Assembly: GCA_020536535.1 (NCBI GenBank)
Contig: JAHLWZ010000313.1
Location: 1-60,980, forward strand
From: Pelomyxa schiedti
Taxonomy: Eukaryota; Protista; Evosea
DNA: 60,980 nt
Reading direction: 5' to 3'
The translations under genes were made by a program, and so were the position numbers. Each line of letters opens with the position of its first letter. The first letter of the stretch is position 1. Shown here piece by piece: positions 12,760 to 24,509 of this stretch. Below the pieces are notes generated by a model, which was given only the letters and a program-made list of their open reading frames with translations, was not told the origin of the DNA and searched no databases.

Positions 12760-13123
12760 TCACAACAGAAGTGAGAGGGCACAGGACGAACAGAGGTCGT
12801 ATCTGTTGTGGCAGAGGAAGGAAGAAGTGAGTGCAAGTGCTGTTATCTTATTAGTGCATACCCACAGCGAGCACAGTGCATTGCCTTCTCGCCAGTGCCC
12901 TTATCAGAACCACATAAATCGCAGTGGAAGCTGGAGTTGCAGTGAGTAAGAAAAAAAAAAGAACAGGGAAAAGCACAAACCCTGTTGAATAAGCGGACTT
13001 CTCTGTGACAAGCTCAGCGTTTGACATCGCCTTCAAAGTGTGGCCAGATTTACATATAAGCTTGGGGAGATTAGCAGCAAGAGCGGTGTTGAGATTGGAG
13101 AGGTCCCTCACGAGAAACTCCAT
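12760..13123 (-). CDS. Small ZZ/C1-like zinc-finger protein
   Basis: CKSGH...FHCDLC...MHCARCGYDLCSSC after removing two short introns. Confidence 0.65.
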
Positions 13124-13149
13124 GTCTGGATACAGTTATTACCTTAACA

Positions 13150-13728
13150 ATCCAAATGGGACTGAACACACCACCAAGTGTAGAAGGTGATGGCAGGGTG
13201 TTAGGCGGTTCATTCATCCTATGGACTTGGCGCAATATTGCCAACCGAACAGGGGGGAGCAGAAGCTGCTGGTCTGTGAACCTGGCGTTGTGCAGAGTTG
13301 ATCTCCATTCATTATGATCAATAAGCGGATCGCGTGGAAGAGGTGCGTGTAGGGTTGTTTGAGGTATGGTGACCTTCAACGAGTCAGTGAAGTAGGAAAG
13401 ACCTCCTCCAAGAACAACGAATACCGAAACTGATCCCATCATAGCAAGTCGCCCAGTGGTTCTCGGCAGAGGATCACCACAAAACCTAGGTCAAGCCTCA
13501 GTGACAATGGTACCAGGAAAACACTTGCTCAGGGCCATACAGGCATATGTTACGTGAAGTTGAACAGGCAGGGCACATATCAGTAGAGCCACCTGGGTAG
13601 GTCATTTTCCTGCAAAACCGACATACTCCTACTCTCTTGGTGGATTTCCCTAAGCACCTGGCAATCAAACAAACAATGAGAAGTGTGGGTAGCAGTTTGT
13701 CCCCAAAGTACTTTGTGCATGCTGGCAT
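13150..13728 (-). CDS. Small cysteine-rich protein (CxxC x4, CRIPT-like C-terminal pattern); boundaries uncertain
   Basis: MPACTK|CLGK..CRFCRK..MCPACSTSRNIC..CREPL. Confidence 0.4.
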
Positions 13729-13819
13729 TTTTTATTTCAATTGTTTTGAAGTTTTCGGTTCCCCTAAAAAGACAATTTTCCGTAAAATCCCAGATCAATC
13801 GATTGATCACGAGCCTTTC

Positions 13820-14948
13820 ATGGCAACCAAAGACACGAAACGAAGCGACGTACAACTGTCCAAAGTATGCTATTTTCCTTGTTATGGCTTAATAATTCTT
13901 TTCCCTGCCACAACACAAGGCACTAACGTGGTTATTGAGACATGGAGCACATAAGGCACATGTGGCGATTGGGCGTGACGGATTTGTGCTACTTAAAGAT
14001 ATATTACCATTGAAGAGATTCCGTGGTTATACTGGTTGGTTTCTTTCTTCTTGTGACTACGATTTAATTCCTTTCCTTTCAGTGGAAGATGTCTACCGAG
14101 TTGTTGCAACAGATAATAAACAACGATTTGCTATGGAAACCAGAGAAGGCCAAGTTTACATTCGTGCAAATCAGGGTCACTCCTTTGAGGTTTTCCTTGA
14201 AACTGTATACAGACAGTACTGGCCCATTTAACCGTGTTTTAGGTACCGGAACTAAGCCTAACGTGCATTACTGATGCCTCTAAATATCCCATTGTGGTTC
14301 ATGGGACATACAAACAGTATTTATAGTATATGAAGCTCTTAATCTAATTACTTTTTCTCAAGACATTGGGATGCTATAAAAGCTACAGGCCTTTCAAAGT
14401 TCTTGTTCTTTTTCCCCTACAATCTTACGAACATCCTACTATAGAATGGGGCGTAACCATGTCCATTGTGCCAAAGGATTGTGCGGAGATAATGTTATCA
14501 GTGGTGAGCCACACCAAAAGAGCACTTACCACCAAATTGACTTTTCCGGCAGGAATGCGGACAAGCTGTGAAGTATACATTTTCATTAACCTTGAGCAAG
14601 CACTATCTGGTTTGAACCATTTTCTTTGTACCATCGATTTCCATAACCTACAAAGAGGGCCTCCGCTTCTTCGAATCAGCCAACGGAGTTGTACTCTGCG
14701 AACACATTCCACCACACCTCTTTAAATACGTGCTGACCAAGGCACTGGTGCCCTTTGACCCAAGATACCCAACACCAATAAGTGGTAAGCACTCCTCTCC
14801 TTCACACTTTTCCTTTCCCTGAACATACACTCCCACAGACACAGAAAGAGCTCTCCTTGTAACCTCGACCTCAACATCAACATCAACATCAACACCAACA
14901 CCAACAACCACAACAGCCCCCACTTCTTCCGAAACTACCGGCTATTGA
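13820..14948 (+). CDS. TRPT1: tRNA 2'-phosphotransferase (Tpt1/KptA family)
   Basis: LSKALTWLLRHGA, DNKQRF, IRANQGHS, HGT, GLSKMGRNHVH, GMR, SANGVVL. Confidence 0.95.
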
Positions 14949-14984
14949 TTGTTTTCAGAGAAATAAAAAATTCATTCGCCTAGC

Positions 14985-16323
14985 ATGAGAGTCGTGGGTT
15001 GGTTAACCGTCATAAGTCTGGTGGTTGCGTTGTCTACAGCACAGACTGCTTATGTTTCTGCTCCTGTGGTACGATGAGAGAGATGGCCCTCCCCCGCGCG
15101 TATTTTGCGGCTGTGTGAGTGGGGAGGGGGTTGGCGGACGGGTTCACGCGTAACTGATGAATGTAGGCTGATATACGGAGCAGCAACTTGTGCCCTACGG
15201 CTTCTCCTTGTTGCGACTATACAATTGACAGGTGTGAGCTTACCCAGGTGCTGTTTGGGGACGAGCTTAGCATATTGGAAGTGCAAGGTGACTGGGCCTA
15301 TGTGGAAATCCCTGGGCAATATGACTGTGACAATGGAACCTGGGGATTGTATCTGCTATCATTCCGAATTACTCTGTTGTAATTTGTCAATGTAGCTATC
15401 AAGGGTGGATTGAGACGTCAAAGTATGTTGTACCGACGAAACCTATGTCACCAACTCTCTCTGTGATTGCACCATACGCCCCCGTCTACAAGCGATCATG
15501 TGAATCGTTTGGATGTTTACCCAGTGATCAGGTGAGATTTTGCACTGGAGTCTTGTATGTCACACTCCGCCCAGTTATTTATTGCCTCTATGGGCACATG
15601 GCTTGCTGGAAGAGTCTTGAGTAATGGATGGTGGAAAGTTATGCTACCAGATGGTACATTTGGATATATTGCGGATTCCATGGTGCAAGTCCTTGATCAC
15701 CGTACGGATGATGTAAGTAACTCTTTATGTCTTCCCATTGTCCACCTTGTCACAGGTGGTTAGAGCCATCGTTATAGCACAAGCTAAAAAGTTGTTGGGC
15801 TCCTACTACTTTTGGGGTGGGAGGTCTTCTTTCATTGGTGACTACTTCTCCAGTAACACCGTATTGACTGGAGTTGATTGCAGTGGCCTAGCAGGACTTT
15901 CTTTCCAGTCTGCCGGTAATAAGATATCCCAGTGTATAATGCAAATAACTGTTTTTTCCCAGGATACCTCATTCCTCGTGATGCCGATCCCCAGTTTTTG
16001 ATGTCGCGTAACGTGACTGACGGTCCCACGGCCTTACAACCAGGCGACCTCTTTTTCTATGCATCGCCAAGCAATCCAGATTACAAGACACACGTGATGG
16101 TAGAACCTCTCATAAGCCGTTCGATATTTAACACAATCAAAAGATGATGTACGACAGCGAGACAATCATCGAGTCTACGGTGAGTGAGCCGGCATTCAAC
16201 GGCACGAGGATGATACCAATCAAAGAAGCCTATGGGATGGATCTTGCTGATCTTAAATGGGGCCAACCTGTATCCAATGGAGAGCTCCTCTTCTGGGGCA
16301 CCTATTTTCCTTGGTACTGCTAA
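14985..16323 (+). CDS. Secreted SH3b + NlpC/P60 peptidoglycan endopeptidase (YkfC/dipeptidyl-peptidase VI-like)
   Basis: Signal peptide; TQVLFGD...GDWAYV..YQGW (SH3b); LG..YFWGG, GVDCSGL, IPRDADPQ, LQPGDLFF, THV; ~6 introns. Confidence 0.92.
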
Positions 16324-16520
16324 AAGCAGGAACGAAACCCTCTTTGTCACCACATGTCAAAACAAGTAGAACCAGCAACCCATTTTTGAGTTGTTCAAGT
16401 TACTTTTTTTCCAACCAAACGTCTTTTGCAAAAAAATTTGTAAATTACGTTGTGTCGGGAAGGACGCCGCACACTCTCATTGTATTTAACCTCATAACTG
16501 CACAACAACTTGTTGGAATA

Positions 16521-19500
16521 ATGGACTCCACCACAATCGGCACTCCTCCCACCACACACCAACTGTTCACACCCAGGCCACCCCCCACGCCTGCACCACG
16601 CAGTGCCCAGGCACCACTCTCCACCAGCCCCCCCGCGGTGCGCTCCCACTCTGCCTCCCCCCCTTCCACTCGCGACCCACTCCCGATGATCGAGCCCAGG
16701 CCCAGGCCCGCCACCCCGCCCTCTGCCCTCCCTCCCAGGACGCCCCCGCCGCCGCTGCACCACCACTTCGCCCCGCCCCCGCCCGGCCTCCCGCCACCAA
16801 GCACCGCGGCGCCCCCGCCGCCGGCGCAGCGGAGCCCTCCTCCTCCCCCCACGTTCGCCCTGCCGCCTTTTGGCCCGCCTCCTGCTCAGCTGGCCCCGCC
16901 GCCGCCGACGCTGCGGCCCCCGACGTACCCTGCGCCCTCTTGCGCTATTCCCATTGCGTGTCCTCGCCCCCATCCTACGGCGGAATCCGAGGCTTCGTTG
17001 TCGCCGCCCTCGCCTAATTTATTGCGTTCGGCCACTCCCCCTTCCACACCGCCAGGGACATCCCCGTCTAAACAGTTTTCGGCGGGACCATGTAACATTC
17101 CAAGCCAATCGCCAGGCAGTAGTTTGACGTCTACGTTGCAGACGGTTTCGTTCGAACCGGATCCTGCACCTCAGCCCAGGTTCGAGACGGTTCCAACTAC
17201 AGAGGAAATGGCAAATCAGTTTCGTAGTTTCGAGGCGATCATTCAAAAACGAAGAGCTGCAGCCCAACTCCTGTCATCATTCATAGGAATACCTCAGAGT
17301 GTCGTTGTATTTCCCTATTCAAATTTGGAAATCTGAATGATGGAAGATAGGAGTCACTGGAAAAAGAATCTATTGTACATCAGGGTGAATTAACTAAAAT
17401 ATCTCGCAGGAATCAACACCATAAAAGGTATGTAGTGTTTTATATTTCATACGATTTAACACCCATCAAGGTTGTTTATATTATTTGAGAAATCTATTTT
17501 GTGTGGTGCCAAAAGCAAAAAAGACAGCAAATACAAATTTAAGATTATGTTTGATAAATTCAGAGTCGAAGTCATCCAATCTGCAGGTGGTGTCTTTCAA
17601 CATGGTTACTTGGCAATTTACTTTCAACAGGCACACCAAATTCATTCAACTTGATCTCACGGTACAAGTCCTTTATCCTACAAGCTCAAAGCGCTGATGA
17701 AAAGCAATGCTGGCTCCAGCTCATGGAAGGAGTTTTTGACAATGTGCAAGCGCATGGTATTATACATTACTGTACTCTTTTTCTCAGATCTTTAAAGTGG
17801 GTACTTCAACAAATCTTGACCAGGCGTGGTCTCCCCCATTTTTACCAGACAGTGAGTCTGGCTTTTGCAGTCAGTGCAGTAAATCATTCACACTCACAAG
17901 GCGAAGGGTAAGCCATTTCTATCTTGGCTTCTGTTAATACTTCCTAGCATCACTGCCGGAAGTGTGGTATGCCGGAAATGTGCACTTCGTGGACTAATTT
18001 GACAAGGTAAAATATTTTGTACGAAGTGCAGTTCCAAACGGGTGCTACTTCCGGTTCAGAGCTCGGAGGTAAGAGTATGTGATGGCTGCTTTGCTTATCT
18101 GGAGTTGCACCCCTGCTCCTCAGTGTGTAAAGTCCATTCCAAAGTGTCCTGTGTAATTGCATTTAGGAACCAGAAATAACTTCAGATAGGACACATGAAC
18201 TGCGTCTTCATGTAATATTTTTTTCTGCAAATCTTCTTCTAATTTTTTCAGTTCACACCAGACTACTTGCAAAACCAAAGCCAATGGCAAGATATACTCC
18301 GTGACCCCATCCTCCTGAAGGTCGCCCTAAATATGGCTAAATCTGGAGAGGTTACACTTCACCAGCCAATCGAACCCCAACATCTTGTACTTGACCGTAG
18401 CAATTTTCTTGGTAAAGGGAGCAGTGGCCTTGTTTTCAGGTATAGTTACGTCTCGCCCTGCGAAGATCCTAACGATACAAGAGCAACTTACAAGCAACAG
18501 CAAGTAGCACTGAAGGAAACTCAAGCATACTCGGATAACGGGGAATTTCTCAAAGAAGTGGCCATCTTGAGGTATAAATAAGGGTTCTCACTTTTTTCAT
18601 TTGACTTGTATCAGCCTCATAAATCACCCGAACCTGCTAGGGTGCTTTTGTGCATCGATTAACCCCAACTGGATTATCACTGATATTCTGGACAAAACGT
18701 TAGCAAGTTGCACATCAGTTGTTGGACTAACTCCCCAATCTCCAGGCTGACCACATACCTCGAAATTGATGCGAGTTGTTGCTAGAAAAAAATCACTTAT
18801 TACTCACCTTTATTTCTAGACTCTCCTCCACACATTCCCCAAGAAACTATTACACATATCCTTTACGGTGCGGCTAGTGGAATGTCATACCTACACCAAA
18901 TGGGGCTCTTGCACAGGGATCTGAAAACGTACCTCTTACTCTAATTTTTTGGTCACACTACCCATTAACCTAAAAAAGGGATAACATTATGGTTCTTCTG
19001 ATTCTTTCTGTATGACTATTTACCCTCTACAGTTATCTATTGCAGCGAACGGGATTACAGTCAAAATTATTGACTATGGAAGGTACTAATTCCTTACCGA
19101 GTCACTGTCCTCAATCTTTCTAGTTCAAGACTCCTGGACCAGAAGAATATGACTGTATGTGTTGGAACCCGTGTGTCCTCTTCTTTATCTATTGTGCTCT
19201 TAACCCTTCACAGCCACATACATGGCTCCAGAGGTTTATGAAAAACCCAAGTACACATTCAGCTCCGACGTCTACTCCTTCTCCATCAGTGTGTTCTAAT
19301 TGAATGTACCTGATAACACTGACCCATACAGTAATGTGGGAATGCTTTGCCAAAGTACATGCCTACAAAGAGTGGGAGAATATTGTTCGCCTAAGTGAGA
19401 ATGTAAGGAAAGGTGCGCGCCCACAACCCCTTGTCCCTCCACTCATGCCTCCTCCCTTGGCTGACCTGATGAAGTAAGAGTCAAACTTTTGTTGTTTTAT

Positions 19501-19635
19501 CTGGAACTCATTCTGTTTGCCAGGAAATGTTGGAATGCTGATCCGGAAAAAAGACCCACATTCCCTGATATAAAATCTATTCTCGCCAGACACAACAAAG
19601 TGGATTCTACCACTACATCTCAAAACAACTCTTAG
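16521..19635 (+). CDS. Pro-rich PH-FYVE-TKL protein kinase
   Basis: PH (GELTKISR..EKQCWL); FYVE (C..C.KSF....RRHHCRKCG..VCDGC); kinase GKGSSG, VALK, HRDLK, DYG, YMAPE, DVYSF. Confidence 0.9.
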
Positions 19636-19682
19636 ACAAAATTGTAATTATTTTTGGCTGAGAGCCCCGTTTTATGTGCAAT

Positions 19683-21115
19683 TCAACTCAGAAGGGATTT
19701 AGCAGCTTCTGTTTGGGGTGTTTCTGTTGTTGCTTTTGTGGTTGTGGTTGTAGTTGTAGTTGATGTTGTAGCCGATGCCGACGTTAGAGTACTTGGTGCC
19801 GGTGCCGGTGCCGGTGCTTGTTTTGTTGGTGATGATGGCTCAGGAGGGAGATCAATGTCGGGGTACGTAAAATCCTCCTGTTCAGACAAATCGGAAAGTT
19901 CTACAGATATCTCTTTGAGTTGGACGTGAGAGTCTTGTTGCTCATTGCGTGTGCTTGCTTGAACAGCCACAAATGCCTGGATGAGGGTTAGGGGAGAGGA
20001 TAGTGAGGTGGTCGTACAATGATCATGTTGGAGAAAAACACAACAAGGTTGAACAAGGGAATCTGTAGTGCTGTAGCAAAATGCCTTAGCTAAATATGGA
20101 AAAATCAGCCTTACCAGAGGGCATCATGTAAATTCCTGAAACTGCAGGAATCCATAGCATCCAAATTGAGGCAAGGAGACTAGGAACTGCAACAAAATAA
20201 AACTTGCATGTTGTCTCTCTCCATACTCTGATATTTCGCTGAGACGGAAAAAAAAAAAATTTGATGGGAAAAAAAGGGAAAAGGTGTACTTTCTAAAGTC
20301 GAAATTTAGGTCTCTCCAGTGGTAACATGTACTAAGAATCCATACGTTTATAAACGGATTAAATATACTAAATAAAACTAGTTTAGGCGATAGTGTGTAA
20401 CTGTAGGGAAGTGTACAATTGGTCTACAATAACCTAGGGATGGTGAATCCTGTGCTTCAAGACGAAAAGTACATACTTTGCATATTATAGTTACAGGATC
20501 TAGTTCGTATCCAAAAATTATTCCTTGGATCGTGTACAGCAAGTCCACTGAAGATATGTCAGTACAATGAAAGTATTTCAAGACTGACCCTCAACACCAA
20601 CAAAGGCCCAATATATCAAGTAGAAAAACAGATTTGGAATGAAGTAACGCCGGGGGATTTGTTTCATAATGCACAGGACAATGAACGGAAATAAACCCCC
20701 AAAAAGTGACGTTGCCAGAGCAGAGTATCCATAACTGGGTTTTTGTCAGGAAGAATAATTCTTTCCCATCATTGTCCCCGAATCCATGGGGAAACCTCCA
20801 GGAGTTTTTCAAGTCTTCGATCCACGCAAACACAACGTAAGTGGCATCCACAAGGTAGTAAAGAATGATGACAACAGCCAACAAAACCAGAGTTACAGCC
20901 CCTTTGACGTCCTTCAATTATCACATTCATTCATATTACGAGGGGAAACAACCAGAAAAGAAAACACAGCAGGGCAAACCAAACCGAGGCAAAAAAAAAA
21001 AAAAAAAAAAAGGGACACACGCACCTGGAATAAGATTGGTCTTTAATGCTACCCATACGTTGTGGCCCACGGTAGGGGCCAGATCCTTAACGTCGTTCTT
21101 CGTAATACCGCACAT
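19683..21115 (-). CDS. Multi-pass membrane protein, Mpv17/PMP22-like C-terminal signature
   Basis: Hydrophobic exons; DQ.Y, W.LWIPAVSGIYMMP..LQIPLFNLV; T/P-rich tail. Confidence 0.55.
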
Positions 21116-21207
21116 GGCGGCAATTGATTTTGTATGTTTGTTTTGTGGAAAATGAATGTTCAAAATTCCAAATTTTTACACCCATCAGAAGGGTCAAGGT
21201 TTCCCAT

Positions 21208-24200
21208 CTAACTCTTTTGTGCTGTTGAGGTTGTGCTGGCGTTGCTTGCTCCGGTCCTTTGCTCCCTGAGTTCCTCCAAACCGGTTTGAACTGACAGATG
21301 GCAGGTCCAACAAGTTGTCATTTCACGGGTCTCTGGATCGAGCTTCAAGTGCACTTCCACGTAGGTCTTCAATTCTTCGTTGTCGCCACATAAGCCACTT
21401 AGTCGCTTTCTTTCTTGCTGTGTTGGTCTTGGTCAGTTGCTAAAGCCCCTGGTATAAATAGTCTCGCGAACCTTAACAGCTTCGTTCTCAGCAGCCAGCC
21501 TCAGGGATTCGGCATCCTCAGTGGTTCTCGCACGGTTGAGTTTGAATCGTAGAAGCGCACTGGACATAATCGTAGGCTCGAGTGCAACGAGGCTGCTGGA
21601 TTGGGGTTCCCGCAATTCCGCTGCCAAGGTGCAAAGCTTGTTACCAAGATACTCTAGAGAGCAGTGAGTGAGGCGGGCGGGGGAAAAGAAGATATGTGTA
21701 CCCTTCTCAGTTTTTGGCATTTTGCCCTGAGGGTGGATTGCTTCTTGGGCATCGCCGGAATGTGGTCTCTTTCCCAATAAAAGTTGTGCTGTTGTAAAGT
21801 CATGAACCGTTACAAAGGAAAACAAAGCATTTGCCCACCTTTCATTAGCCGTGCAATGGTTGCTTGTATTGTCTCCTCAAACCTTTCAAAGTAGGTGTCC
21901 ATGCTTGCACTGAAGCACTGTTGTAACTTTTCAATGACCTCTTTCCCAAACAGGGTGTCCATCCCTTCAGCACCAAGAATAACCAAGTCGCAATTTGGAG
22001 GTATGGATATGGTAGGAGCAGTAGAATCAGGCTCTTCCTCAAGCATCTACCGTGAGGAAGAGAACTGGTTAGCCATGTAGAAAAGGTTACAGGTTTTTAT
22101 ACCATTCCATGAGTGCCTGGGCGAAGTTGCCACTTTCTTTCATTGTCACCACTGGATAAGACGACCCAAGGGTTCCCCTTGAAAACAGTGAACACCTTCC
22201 TCTTAAGCTCCATGGAGGCAAAGACTAAGGTGAAATGGGTGCTGGCAGTCAAGGCATTGAGGGTCCTCGGTGCGTAAAGGCCTTTCTGAACCTCTTCTCT
22301 TATGTCTTTCCAGGAAGAGGTTCCTTTTGTGCCAGCAGGGCCTCCCTGTATGTTCTTGAATGCAAACTCAAGCAGGCAGTGGACTACGGTAGGTTCTGTG
22401 CCACATGCAACAATGGCAGTTTTCTCTGAGTTGCAGGCGAGTGGAATGAGAAGATCAGGGCCCTGTGACTGTGGGCTGGAAGGGATTGCGATCTTATTTA
22501 GGCATTTCTCTTGAAGTGCATTGATGTAAAGGTCCCAGTCGTTGGTGTTAAACGAGTTGTCTGTTGGATTGCGTCTCGTTGTATTGGCATTTAAGCTTGG
22601 GGCAACAGTTGGTTGGAAGAGGGCTCTGAGGTTACTGGATGACGCTGCAGTAGCACTTGACCCAGGGAGAAGAAGTTGGCCCGGCATGGTGTCTTGGAGA
22701 AACTCCAAGACAGAACCAACGGTTTTTTCAGAGGTATACATGAGACAGGAGGACAGAACTTCTGAGCCAATAAGTTCAAGAAGCCGGCCTTGTGGGAGGG
22801 TTGGTGGCGAAGTCTGGAGCAAGCAAGGCAAAGTGGAGAGTGGTACAGTAAGATTCCTTTTCTCCATTTTGTAAAGCCAATATCTGGAGAAGATGGGCTT
22901 GAATCCTGTCCCAAATGGGGTTATATAGCACGGGAACACGCTCAATATATTTGCGGCATGCAAGGAAGGGATGACAAGGTCAAGAAGATCTTTTGTGGTT
23001 ATTGTTGGGTAAGAGGAAAAAGGTTACAGAAACCACATACACATGTGCAAAAGAGTAACCTCGTGTTTGTCAAGCTCAGGTCTTGGAACATTGGGATGAA
23101 GTGGCTCAACGACAAGAGTGGTCTCCTGGAGTATTTTCTGACCGATGATACTCTCAGGAGAAAGCAGGTTCTTAAAGCCTTCAACGGTCACTGTCGAGGT
23201 TTGCAAGTAATGGTGAAGGTAGTGGCACATTGTCTCAATGAAGCGTGGTACGCCTCCACTCAAGTGATATATCACCTCTGCCAGTGGTGTAACCTGGGTT
23301 TTTGGGAGGTACTTGCTGCATTCGGTCCCCTTTAAGATTTCCTCAATATCTGGCACCTGAAGAAAAAATGAGTCTTCCATTTATAGTTAGGCAAAGGGCG
23401 GTATACATACGTGCAAAGCCCCCATTGCAAGGTAGTGTAGGCTTACAGGAGAACTGGATGAAAGTCGTAAAGCCAAATTTATGAGGGTCCACGATTTTCC
23501 ACAAAGAAAAATAAATACCTGCGATTGGTTTGTCAGATTTTCTTTTTTCACTAACGCAAACTTTGCCCTCAGAACCCCATATGAGATCCTGTGTGAACTG
23601 CATAAGTGGGAGGTAGCGGTTTTCCTTTGCTGTGATCTCTGGAAATTGGGTACCTATATCATCACCCTCGAACACTCCAATTTCATCAATACAGATGAAC
23701 CAGTACCCAGGCCACATTGGCAGCAGATGTTTCTTTAAAGAATAAGTAAGGATAGGAAACCAATAGAAAAATGAGAGGAAAGAAGACGAACCGTGTAAAG
23801 GAGTTGAGCTGTCAAAACACTATCTACCTGAGCCTCTGGGGTTATTTCCGAAAGGATACACCATGAAAGTGCGTTCTCAATGGTCGTCGACTCCTTTGGC
23901 GGTCTGATAGACGGCACTTGTACAACAATATTCTTCGCTTGTGAGAAAGCTTTCACCTCTGTTTCAGAGAATTTGTGAGCACGCAGGAGGCCCAAGTCAG
24001 CTCGGTCGTCACAATCGGCCACTGGTCCGGGATTCATCAGGTTCTTGGCGATCCTCAATCAAGCCAGATATAGGATATATCTAAATGAAAGGAAAGAGAA
24101 GAAACCTGTGTTATGGAACCACAGTTTCGAAAATCCTGGCGCAGGTGAGGGATGGCTTTCTGGGCGAAATAAGTTTTGCCAGAGCCGAAAAGCTGCGACG

Positions 24201-24398
24201 AGAACAAAACAGTAGGTTTGATAGTGGGCATTCTCGGTTTGGCTTTTCTACACTGCAATTCGTTCTCGCGGGCCCAACGGATCAAAATCTCGATTTCAAC
24301 GTCCCTTCGACAAAAGGAAGCGCCTGTAATATGGGGTCTGGGTCTGTTTCCCCTGGAGTTGTCACTGTCGTTGCGGTTGTGAGGTAGGTGCCGGACAT
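21208..24398 (-). CDS. Crinkler/RHS-like P-loop NTPase + PD-(D/E)xK nuclease protein, frameshifted near the start (possible pseudogene)
   Basis: FV[G]RDVEI, Walker A SQLFGSGKT, Walker B FICIDEIG, LSGGVPR, then GPDLLI...EFAFKN; 3' end approximate. Confidence 0.7.
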
Positions 24399-24509
24399 AT
24401 GCCCACTCAAAAACTTAATACCCAAATTATACAATCGTTGGTCAGTGACCATTGGCCATTCGCGTCCCCTAGTTTTTCTCTGAATCCCAGATCTCGTTTG
24501 ATTTAGTCG

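Noticed and set aside
14985-16323. Bacterial contamination
   Set aside because: Spliceosomal introns and tight embedding between eukaryotic genes
16395-16973. Antisense G/R-rich ORFs (also 43483-43885, 50389-51073, 40155-40478)
   Set aside because: Shadows of GC-rich low-complexity sense exons
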